A stretch of 64,000 bases of DNA from Histomonas meleagridis 2922-C6/04-290x (Eukaryota > Protista > Parabasalia), in NCBI GenBank assembly GCA_020184695.1, contig JAANOX010000034.1, positions 124,001 through 188,000 on the forward strand, written 5' to 3'. Of the stretch, positions 55,145-64,000 are shown piece after piece. Numbering within the stretch: position 1 is the first letter of the stretch; each line of letters opens with the position of its first letter. The notes below the pieces were generated by a model. The model saw nothing but the letters and a program-made list of their open reading frames with translations. It was not told where the DNA came from and did no database searches. Made by a program: the position numbers and the translations under genes.

Positions 55145-57487
55145 TTAGAGAATTCCTAAGTAACATTCTTCTGGTGTTGATGGGTGTAAATCGGCCGGCA
55201 ATTCATCACCATTTTCGTTCAAGTCTCCTTTTGTTTTATAATTTTTACCCAAGTATACCTTTTTATCATTTTTATGTTCGTGTTCGAATTCATCTTCAAC
55301 TGTTGGATAGAAAACCTTATTTTCATTTTCGAAGGAATCAATCTTCTCTTCGATATCGTAAGATCTTCCGATCATTCTAAACACTCTTTTTGTGAAATTT
55401 AAAGAATCCGACAGAGTAAATCCTCCAGCAAGTAAAGCCGTATCGTAAAGTAAACGTGCGTCTTCAATAACCGATTTATCCTTTGGATTTTGTTTGATCC
55501 TTTCAAATAAATCCTTAACGGTCGGATGGTCAAAATTGACTTCCAAAACTTTGTGATTCATCAAAAGATTTTCATCAAGTTTTGAATCATGAACTGTTTG
55601 GGCACGAAGAAGTCTTTCATGACTTGCAGTGTAGCCGTAGTTTGTTGATGTACAAACTGCAGGCGTCGTTTTTAATCTTTTACTAAGAATTAAATTTTCC
55701 ATACGTTCACCGATTACATGTTTAAACCAACGAACATACCGATTAAATAAACGTTGAGAGATATTAAATCCACTTACATCTTGAACTTTATCATCAACAT
55801 TTCTATCATCATTCCGTTCAGGATTATACAAAGGAATACCTTCAAATTCTTCCAAACGTTCAAAACAATGTACGTCAATAGGTTCAACAGCAAATAATAT
55901 TTCAAAGCCTTTATCTAAAAGATCTTCAATATATGGCGAATCTAAAGCTTCTTCAACAGAAGAAGAACCAATCCAATAAATATCTTCTTGACCTTTTTTC
56001 ATTCTTTTAACGTAATCGCTAATTGTTGTTAAGTTATTCGGTGAGTAACTTGAATAAAACATTAATAATCGACTTAAAGATCTCTTATTTGATTCATCTT
56101 CGATAACTCCATATTTAATATTACCACTATACTTAGAATAAAAGTCAGAATATTTCGCAGGTTCATTAAGAAACATATTCCTAAGCATTGATAATATTTT
56201 GGATGTAATTCTTCGCTTGATTAGTTTCAACGCATTCATCTTGATTAAACGGTCTCTGTCGACGTTTAATGTCAAATCGTTGCTATCAATTACTCCTTTA
56301 ACGAAATGCAAATATGTTGGTAATAATTCATCTTTCCATTCATCGGAGACTAGAACTCTTTTAACATAAAGTCGTACATTACGGGTAATTTCGGAAAAAA
56401 GTTGATCAGATGGAGGTGGAACTGATGGTATGAAGAACAAGCCATTAAATATAACACGTCCCTCTGCTTTAAAATGTGAGTATGTTAATGGTCCACGTGG
56501 TTCTTTGAAAAACATTTTGAAAAATTCTGTATAATCACTTTCACTAACTTCATCGGGTTCACGTAACCAAATTGGCTTTCGATCATTAATTTGTATCCAT
56601 TGCCAAATACGCTTTTTGACAATATTAGTTTTGCCTTTTTGTTTCGAATCATGTTCAATTACTTCATTATCATCGAAAACATTTTCGTTTTCTTCGGATT
56701 CTTCAACAAATGTGTCTTTGTAATGCCAAATTTTAACTGGAAAATCAATAAACATCGAATAATGTCGGATGATAGAAATGAGTTTATCTCGATCGACATA
56801 ATTATACGCATTACTTTTAAGATGAAGAATGATAGATGTGCCTCTTCCAAGTGTAACACCTCGTGGATCTTCAACGACTGTGAATTCGGATGATGCATCA
56901 CTTTCCCAAATATATTGTTTACTGCTGTTATTGCTTTTGGATATGACAGTGACTTTGTCTGCAACTAAAAAAGATGAATAAAAACCAACACCAAATTGCC
57001 CAATGAGATTTGTATCACCTGATTGGAGCATTTTTTGAAATTCACTTGTACCAGATTTGGCAATTCGACCTAAGTTTTCTATAAGTTCTTCCTTGGTCAT
57101 GCCTATCCCAGTATCAGTGATTGATAATGTTTTTTGTTCTTCATTGACGTCAATAAGAATTTCTAAATCTTTGGATCCTGTTTCAAAAATTGATGGATCT
57201 CTGATTCCTTGAAATCTAATTTTGTCAAGAGCATCATTTGCATTTGAAATTAATTCACGAAGAAACACATCTTTATTTTGATACAATGAATCTATAAGAA
57301 TGTTAAGTAACTTATTGACATCTGCTTGATAAGAATGTGCTTCGTTGTTTGTTTTAATTTGTGATAATTGAGCTTCAGTAAAATTATATTCTAGGCGACT
57401 TCTAAGTCCATCATCAATGTACTCAACATTTTTGACATCTTCTTTTGGTTTCTTACATAAAGATAACCAAAAGAAACAAAAAAACAT
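55145..57487 (-). CDS. HSP90B1: ER-type HSP90 (GRP94/endoplasmin-like)
   Basis: Signal peptide; DVFLRELISNANDALDKIR, TDTGIGMT, IGQFGVGFYSSFLVAD, LYVKRV, FVKGVIDSNDL, LEVNFDHP. Confidence 0.93.
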   Translation of the reverse strand: MFFCFFWLSLCKKPKEDVKNVEYIDDGLRSRLEYNFTEAQLSQIKTNNEAHSYQADVNKLLNILIDSLYQNKDVFLRELISNANDALDKIRFQGIRDPSIFETGSKDLEILIDVNEEQKTLSITDTGIGMTKEELIENLGRIAKSGTSEFQKMLQSGDTNLIGQFGVGFYSSFLVADKVTVISKSNNSSKQYIWESDASSEFTVVEDPRGVTLGRGTSIILHLKSNAYNYVDRDKLISIIRHYSMFIDFPVKIWHYKDTFVEESEENENVFDDNEVIEHDSKQKGKTNIVKKRIWQWIQINDRKPIWLREPDEVSESDYTEFFKMFFKEPRGPLTYSHFKAEGRVIFNGLFFIPSVPPPSDQLFSEITRNVRLYVKRVLVSDEWKDELLPTYLHFVKGVIDSNDLTLNVDRDRLIKMNALKLIKRRITSKILSMLRNMFLNEPAKYSDFYSKYSGNIKYGVIEDESNKRSLSRLLMFYSSYSPNNLTTISDYVKRMKKGQEDIYWIGSSSVEEALDSPYIEDLLDKGFEILFAVEPIDVHCFERLEEFEGIPLYNPERNDDRNVDDKVQDVSGFNISQRLFNRYVRWFKHVIGERMENLILSKRLKTTPAVCTSTNYGYTASHERLLRAQTVHDSKLDENLLMNHKVLEVNFDHPTVKDLFERIKQNPKDKSVIEDARLLYDTALLAGGFTLSDSLNFTKRVFRMIGRSYDIEEKIDSFENENKVFYPTVEDEFEHEHKNDKKVYLGKNYKTKGDLNENGDELPADLHPSTPEECYLGIL

Positions 57488-57547
57488 TAAAAATATAATT
57501 GGTCAAACGGTTAATTTTACAACAATATTTAATAATAATTTTATAAT

Positions 57548-58567
57548 TTATAGTTCTTGGTCCTTATCTTCAGATACTACATATTTCCCAACTTTTTTAA
57601 ACACCTTTAGGACGTTTAGATGAGCCTTCATTTGATTTATCTTAAATGATTTCTTTTGAGCTGATTCAATTAATCTTTGATATTTGTTTATATCATTATC
57701 CAATATTTCTTCTCCATTTCTTAATAAACGTTTCATTACTTTCAAATATTCATTAGTATTTTGGATAGATTTTACTTTCATAATAATTGGCATCTTGATA
57801 GGATTTGTCATAAACTCTTCGACAAGTGGGAAAACAGATGGAATTGTACCGTATTCATCATTTAGTTCTCCATTTGATTTGAAATATGTTCCAAATTGCT
57901 CGTTTGCGAACTGAAGCATTTTGGGAAAAATTCGTTCTTTTAGGTAATCAAAACTCTTTTTTCCATCATAAGCTCTGATTATAGGTATATCATCAACATT
58001 ATTTGAAATACAAAGGTCAGTGTATGCTCTACAATCAACATAGCCTACTCCAAAATTTTGATAATTTCGAAATGTAAATGCAAGTTCCTCTATTTGTGGC
58101 AATACTAATTCTGATTGACGAGATTTTAAGTCAAGAAATGCAATTAATGATTTGCTTCGAGAAAATACATAGTCTGAAAAATTAGATGGATCAAGATACT
58201 CATAATTTGTATGTGTATAATTTCTTTTGTGATTTGTATTGCGCTCAATAAAGCCAATAATATCAAAAGCAATTGGCTCACCATAGAATATTGTGTGTGG
58301 AGAAGTGACGAATTTGATTACTTGACTTTCATATATAGAGTGGTTATGACAAAAAAGCTCACTGTCATTACAATTAACATAATAAAAGTCAACTGATGGG
58401 AAAAGTGTTGATGCTATTTCAAATTCTTCTTTTGCATTATAAATTGTTTCAGAATAAAAACTTTGAAACAGCGCAATTGACGGCTGATTAAATGGTTCCG
58501 AATATGTGTCTACGTTGTATTCATGAAATTTTAAAAATAAGTTAAAAAATAAAAAGAGAAAAAACAT
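57548..58567 (-). CDS. PDI-D/ERp29-like ER protein, redox-inactive thioredoxin folds
   Basis: Signal peptide, two Trx-like segments without CxxC, helical D-domain and C-terminal KDQEL. Confidence 0.7.
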   Translation of the reverse strand: MFFLFLFFNLFLKFHEYNVDTYSEPFNQPSIALFQSFYSETIYNAKEEFEIASTLFPSVDFYYVNCNDSELFCHNHSIYESQVIKFVTSPHTIFYGEPIAFDIIGFIERNTNHKRNYTHTNYEYLDPSNFSDYVFSRSKSLIAFLDLKSRQSELVLPQIEELAFTFRNYQNFGVGYVDCRAYTDLCISNNVDDIPIIRAYDGKKSFDYLKERIFPKMLQFANEQFGTYFKSNGELNDEYGTIPSVFPLVEEFMTNPIKMPIIMKVKSIQNTNEYLKVMKRLLRNGEEILDNDINKYQRLIESAQKKSFKINQMKAHLNVLKVFKKVGKYVVSEDKDQEL

Positions 58568-58898
58568 TTATGATTTTCACTAACATTTGATCGTTAAAAA
58601 AAAGAAAAAACTAAAAGATTAAAGATTAAGAAGTTTCAACCATAACAAAATTATACAATGATTTAATTAATGATTGTAACCAAATAAACTAGTTTTCATA
58701 TTGAATTTAATCAATTAATTCATTCATGAAAATCAACTGAAATATGTTATGCCCTTCAAATACTGATGATTTTTTCTTATGTGCTATAATTTTTTTGTAA
58801 TATAGTTTTCAGAAAACACCTTACATCTTTGTTTTTCTCACATTAAGGAAGAAATGTGATATGACATAAAAATAAACGTAAATCAACAAGGAGAATAA

Positions 58899-59573
58899 AT
58901 GGAAAAGAAATGGAATGACAATGCAGCAGGTGTAATATATAGTTGTACAGATGTTTTGGAAAAATTTGCAGCTCTTTTAAAAAATGATATTACAATGATC
59001 GCAGAAAAGGAAAGATCACTTGGATATCTCAATGAAAGCATGAGTGATATTTTTTCTGATTTAACAATTAATCAATATCCCAAAGCAAAAGAAGTTTTAA
59101 ATGCATTTATAAATTCATTATCACAGATTGAATTTGGTCGCAAAGTTATGTATCAACGTTCTCATCAATTGGCACAATCTTCGTTTACATCAACTCTCGA
59201 CCTAGCAAAAAAAGCAAAATCATTACTCAAGGAACGAGAAGCATCTTTATCGAAATACATGCAAGTTAAAGCAGCCAAAGAAAAATCAACAAAACCATCA
59301 AGCCAGCTTGACGAAAAGCTTACGGCATCAAAAACATCATTTCAAGCGGCAAATGCGCAAGCGATCCAAGCTACCAGTACTTTTACTAATCAATTACATC
59401 GCGATCTAATACTTACGTTATCATCCTTTGCACATGCTCAAATGGAGTTTTATGCGAGGGAGATTGAAGTATGGTCGAAAACAATTGAAGCAATTGACAA
59501 AAATACAATCGACGATGATACAGAATCAATTGTTAATAGCTTCCAAGCATCTTTCCGTCAGAGGCGTCAATAA
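58899..59573 (+). CDS. BAR-domain protein (FAM92/CIBAR-like)
   Basis: All-helical 224 aa; LSSFAHAQMEFYAREIEVWS pattern typical of BAR helix 3. Confidence 0.6.
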   Translation: MEKKWNDNAAGVIYSCTDVLEKFAALLKNDITMIAEKERSLGYLNESMSDIFSDLTINQYPKAKEVLNAFINSLSQIEFGRKVMYQRSHQLAQSSFTSTLDLAKKAKSLLKEREASLSKYMQVKAAKEKSTKPSSQLDEKLTASKTSFQAANAQAIQATSTFTNQLHRDLILTLSSFAHAQMEFYAREIEVWSKTIEAIDKNTIDDDTESIVNSFQASFRQRRQ

Positions 59574-59700
59574 ACTATAAATGTTTTTTTATATATTAAA
59601 TTTTCAAAATTTTGAAGGCCAAAAAACGTTCGCAATTTTCAGCGTCGGTTTGGCGATTTTTGAAAGGGATGTATTTGAATGAATTTCAAAATCAAAACGT

Positions 59701-60345
59701 ATGAATTTTGACACTTCATCCATGAATGAACTTATCCCAACCGAGGAAGAAGTCAAGCAGTTCCGAGACTCTATACGCATAGTGAAAGGCCAGAAAAAGA
59801 TAAAAATGATAAATTCCGTATTTTTATGCTTAAATTTCACCAGAAAATATCCATGTACAATTCCCTTGGTTGGAGCTTTTTGGATCGGAACTAATAGCTT
59901 CTTAATCAATTCTAGAATCTTTGGTCAATTTACAGGAAGAAAACCTAATAGTATTAATCGAAATTTTAGAGAACATAACTTTTGCCAAAAAAAACTTTCT
60001 TACATTGAAAGAGAAGAAATAAAAAGGCAAATTCCTTCAGCTCAAATGTTCGATCTTTCAGGTTGGATTAAAAGATGGGCAAATAACTTTTCAGTTTTAA
60101 CAACAGAGCAAGAAACAATAGCATGGACCCACTGCCCTTCAAAGAAGCAAAAAACAACAGCAACAATACCATGCAAAGTTTCTAATACTAATGAAAATCC
60201 TCCTCAAGAGACCAAACCAACTCCAAACGTTCAGGCACCTGAACCCTCCGGTTTTGTTTGTAATTTTGATATTCCAGGACTTAATTTTAATGATATATTT
60301 TTCGAAAAAATGGATGAAAGCATATGCTTTGATTTTTATAATTAA
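59701..60345 (+). CDS. Initiator-binding domain (IBD, IBP39-like) transcription factor
   Basis: LVGAFWIGTNSFLINSRIFGQFTGRKPNSINRNFREHNF matches the parabasalid IBD signature. Confidence 0.85.
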   Translation: MNFDTSSMNELIPTEEEVKQFRDSIRIVKGQKKIKMINSVFLCLNFTRKYPCTIPLVGAFWIGTNSFLINSRIFGQFTGRKPNSINRNFREHNFCQKKLSYIEREEIKRQIPSAQMFDLSGWIKRWANNFSVLTTEQETIAWTHCPSKKQKTTATIPCKVSNTNENPPQETKPTPNVQAPEPSGFVCNFDIPGLNFNDIFFEKMDESICFDFYN

Positions 60346-60495
60346 ACTATTTTTAATACTAGCATTGCCTTCTTGAGAACAATTCTTTTTTTGGAATATC
60401 ATTTGAAGAATTATTCTTGAAAAAAACAAAAACAATAAAAACGTTTTGAAAATGAATTTACATAATATGTTAAATTTTTCTATGAACGATACCAA

Positions 60496-61650
60496 ATGTC
60501 ATCCCTTCTCAATAAGATAATATTGCTAATTGGTGCAGCAGTACTTCTTATTGCCGGTTACATAGCATACACATACTCTGGACAGACTATAACAGAACAA
60601 TTTGAGGGATCAATTCCATTTATTTGGAACCGAAATGTTAATCTTACAGTCGCTCAATATACTGAAGCACGCCCTTCGCCTTATATACTTCTCCTTGGTG
60701 GTGGATATCAAAGTGGAAAATCACGTCTTATTGAAGTTCTTGCACAAGAAAAGATTGAAAACGGTCGTTTTGTAATAAAATTTGATGCTGCTGAAGCCAA
60801 AAGTTATGATGACTTCCTGTCCATTCTAAAATTAGCAATTTCCAATGGACTTTCATATTTCAAGATGTATGGATCAGCAAATTCACTTCTTCGTGCATCT
60901 GAAAAACTTGACCCTTCAAGCAAAGGTTCATCGACAAATGTTGACAATGCAATTTCCCGAATATATTCTATATTTTCAAAATTAATAGATTCAATTACAG
61001 AAGAACACTTTTCTACCGAAAGCGTTCAAAAATTCTTTAAATATCTCGAGTTGATATCAGAAAACCTTCGACCAATTATCTTTATCCATAACTATGATTC
61101 CATCAAATCACTTAATTCAACCTTAATTCCAAAAATCCTCGACTCATTATCATCATATCTCTCTCGCCGTAATAACTATGAACAAACCATTCCAGTTATA
61201 CTCGAAATTAAGAATTCATTATCACTCATCAATTTGACAAACTCGGATATCTTTGAGTACTTTGAAATGCCAGAACTTGAAAACACACAGCAACACTATA
61301 CTGTAGAGCATCAAATTTTCACTGCGCAACAACTTCGTAAAATCATTGGAACATTTGGAGCTCATGCAGGTTCACTCGCGAAAGCATTTGAAGACAGAAG
61401 GTTTGGGATAACAATTGATGATTCTATATCGAATCAGATTGCCAAGATAAGTAAAATTGTGAAAGCAGCATCAGAAGGACTTAACGAGAACAGTACAAAG
61501 ATGATTTGTACAAAAGAAATTTGGAATTTTGATGTGTTCCAAATTGATCAGTTTAGAGAACTGATCGAAGAAGAGATGTTGTACATTACGAAGTCATTGG
61601 ATCTTAAATTTGCAAATAAAGCTGTCAGAAACTCATTATGTAAAGAATGA
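60496..61650 (+). CDS. N-terminally anchored P-loop NTPase (AAA/STAND-like)
   Basis: TM helix at residues ~7-27, LLLGGGYQSGKS Walker A and degenerate Walker B IIFIHNYD. Confidence 0.6.
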   Translation: MSSLLNKIILLIGAAVLLIAGYIAYTYSGQTITEQFEGSIPFIWNRNVNLTVAQYTEARPSPYILLLGGGYQSGKSRLIEVLAQEKIENGRFVIKFDAAEAKSYDDFLSILKLAISNGLSYFKMYGSANSLLRASEKLDPSSKGSSTNVDNAISRIYSIFSKLIDSITEEHFSTESVQKFFKYLELISENLRPIIFIHNYDSIKSLNSTLIPKILDSLSSYLSRRNNYEQTIPVILEIKNSLSLINLTNSDIFEYFEMPELENTQQHYTVEHQIFTAQQLRKIIGTFGAHAGSLAKAFEDRRFGITIDDSISNQIAKISKIVKAASEGLNENSTKMICTKEIWNFDVFQIDQFRELIEEEMLYITKSLDLKFANKAVRNSLCKE

Positions 61651-62468
61651 AAATAAATTTATTTTTGTTGATCTACCAAAGAAAAAACAAAAACAACAAA
61701 ACTTCATCACGCCGTTTGAATTCTGAGGGATTTCCCGCAAAACAGTGATCAAAAAGTGGAATTTTTCTGGATGTAAATCATTTAAGATGGCATGGGTCCT
61801 GGCATCTCAGATTCAAATAACTCCATTGAAATTTTTCGAAATTTTCAATGGAAAAAATTGCCAGTTATAAATCTACAAAAACGAACAACCAAGAGCTCAC
61901 ATGGTCATATAATTGGCAATCCACATTATGCAAAAAACAAATACACAAAAGCGAGTTTGTTAATTTTGCGTCAAAAATTCGAAACTTCAACTTACAAGTT
62001 TTAAAGATGTGATTCAATCAGTATAATAATCCGTTCCTGAGGCTAATTTGGAAACCAACAACCACAAAGAAAAACACCAAAATGTATTTTAATGTTTTAA
62101 GTGGTCAAGCACACTTGTAAATTTACATTAACTATTAAGAATTTTTTTATCCAATAGATCTCAAGGATTGTCAATTTACTACATTGATTTAGAAGTTTGA
62201 TAATCATCAAAGTTAAAAGATCAAAGATTCAGTTTCAATGAAATCTGATTAAAGGTATCCTTAATAAATTAATAATGATTCAATTCGTGCTTCTAAGCAA
62301 GAACCTTAAACCATAGCTCAAAACTGGAACATATTTTTAATTTGATTTTTTAATTAACTGATTAAAAAAAAAAAAAAAACATGCAAGCTCAAAATTAAAG
62401 CGTTGCACTTGTAATAAAAAAAAAGAAAATATTCCAGAATAACTTCATTTTATTATCAATTAAGAAAA

Positions 62469-62588
62469 TCAAAGCTTTGGGCATGCTGCAGGAGGTGGGG
62501 GAGGTGGTGGTGGTGGTGGTGGAGGTGGTGGTCCTGAAGCCTTTTCACCGCCGCCACCGGCATTTCCATCATCAGTTTCCTTGCACAT
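62469..62588 (-). CDS. 39-aa polyproline microprotein MCKETDDGNAGGGGEKASG-P14-AACPKL
   Basis: Closed ATG-TGA ORF; mixed CCA/CCT/CCC Pro codons; Inr-like TCATTT immediately upstream; GC island in AT-rich DNA. Confidence 0.7.
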   Translation of the reverse strand: MCKETDDGNAGGGGEKASGPPPPPPPPPPPPPPAACPKL

Positions 62589-63444
62589 TCTAAAATGATT
62601 TTAAGGCGGCCACGGTTCATTCAACCGTTTATTCCTTTGAATTTTTGTTTGTTTTATATCATGTATGTGAAGTCAGTAATTCAAAAAGTTATGCTTTTTC
62701 AGATGGTTACATCCCCACTTCACTACATTTGGACAACCGTTTGCAACAAACCCTATCAAACTTTCGTTTTAACGTTCACCGATGAAGCTTCGGTTTGTCA
62801 TATTTTTGGCGCCAAAACGTTCCGCGAAAAAATGTCAAATTTGATTTGTCTTTTACGGTATGATCACTTTTTCAATGCTTAATTTGACAGAATTAAAAAT
62901 CATCATGCCCTTGATTGTTGATTGCATAAAATATCAAAAACAAAGAGGTTAACTCGAATTTACATAACATGTTGTATTTTCCACAATCTTCTCTCTGATG
63001 TGATATTTTATGTAGTAAACATTTTTTGTTAAAGAACAGAAATGGTAAATAAATAGTGATTTAGACACTTAAGAATATCTGAATAACTTTTTTTAAGGCT
63101 TTTAAACATTAATATGTTACTCAAATAAAAATTATTATTTTTTTTAATATTTGATGTGCAAAATTAGCCAAACCATTCTGTCTTCTCTAGACATGTAGTT
63201 TAAAATTTCCATGTATAATTGTGGATCAGTAATTATTCTTTCTTTGATGTTGACATTGAAAGCATATATTAACATGTTCTTATTTCCGTACCACAGGAAG
63301 TTATAAAATAATCAACTGACCTTTTATCAAAAAAGACCTGTGTTCTTCTTTTTTTTAAAAAAAAAGAGCACGTTTATTAATTTTAGTAACGTATTTGTGA
63401 AGACGTTTATTTCCATTCCAAGTAAGAAATAGGAATAAAAATTT

Positions 63445-64000
63445 ATGTGTGCATACAGACCAAAAGATGATGGATTAAATGTCAATTTAACTGGAAAGAA
63501 TCTTGTTCGTCATCCACCAAAAACACCAATGAGTTCGAGAAAATCAAAAAATCCAATTTTTGATGCTTCTTCTGTTGAAAAGCAAAGCGAAATATTTGAT
63601 ATCACATATCCTGGAGGGGATGAAGGAAGTCAACTTCTCACACAAAAAAATCCTACATTATTAGCACTTCGAAATCAAAATACAATTCGACCAAAAACGG
63701 CATTACAAATTGCACGTGATAAAAAACGGATCAAAGAAGGCGAAATTGTTTCACCACGTGTAACAACATCACTTCTTAACAAGCGAGCACAAACATTAAC
63801 ATTTATAACACGGCAATTTCCACAAGAAAACAAAACTGAAGAACTTTCATTAGATTTTCCAGAAGACCCAATCGCATATTTTAGCAAAAGGAAAGATGGA
63901 ACAGGACATCGTTTTATTTATTTAAATTTTGTTGATAATCGTAATTCACCAAATTTTAATCCATATAATTTAGAAAGGGTAAAATTTTCTGATATTGAAG
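63445..64000 (+). CDS. 5' end of a large gene, probably an axonemal (DNAH6-like) dynein heavy chain; runs off the window
   Basis: Open from ATG 63445 to the window end; FIYLN..FNPYNLERV resembles the inner-arm dynein N-terminus. Confidence 0.5.
   Translation, partial: MCAYRPKDDGLNVNLTGKNLVRHPPKTPMSSRKSKNPIFDASSVEKQSEIFDITYPGGDEGSQLLTQKNPTLLALRNQNTIRPKTALQIARDKKRIKEGEIVSPRVTTSLLNKRAQTLTFITRQFPQENKTEELSLDFPEDPIAYFSKRKDGTGHRFIYLNFVDNRNSPNFNPYNLERVKFSDIE

Noticed and set aside
63675-63887. 70-aa minus-strand ORF
   Set aside because: Antisense to the long plus-strand frame starting at 63445.
1-64000. Stop-codon reassignment as an explanation for interrupted genes
   Set aside because: Conserved genes are fully open in the standard code and end in TAA/TAG/TGA; the interruptions also change frame.
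1-64000. CRISPR arrays, rRNA, tRNA, intact transposases
   Set aside because: None seen. All tandem repeats are coding low-complexity tracts; a tRNA could have been missed by eye.

Overview
AT-rich, gene-dense eukaryotic DNA, almost certainly from a parabasalid (trichomonad-like) protist. Support: an IBD (initiator-binding-domain) gene, Inr/M2/M3/M5-type core promoter motifs, flagellar genes, standard genetic code and no convincing canonical GT-AG intron. The window holds about 30 protein genes, including RhoGAP, a CDK-like pseudokinase, RPL10A, importin-beta family, CEP104, cofilin, LTN1, HSP110, a six-domain saposin precursor, VPS9, STE20 and TKL kinases, GRP94, a PDI-D protein, a BAR protein and the start of a probable dynein heavy chain. 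It also has a nuclear RNase P RNA gene, a 39-aa polyproline micro-ORF absent from the ORF track, several pseudogene remnants, and a ~4 kb inverted duplication (31976-36855 vs 49410-53483) carrying a bacterial-like membrane-anchored clan GH-A glycoside hydrolase. The strongest unexplained signal is a set of 67-76 nt AT-rich inserts with no frame-restoring GT-AG boundaries. They interrupt ankyrin repeats at the same codon position four times in two loci, and three share a TG(G/A) motif at an identical distance from the resumed frame. They are candidates for a non-canonical intron class; a fifth possible case would supply the missing start codon of the importin gene. All family calls come from motif recognition by eye; no searches were run.
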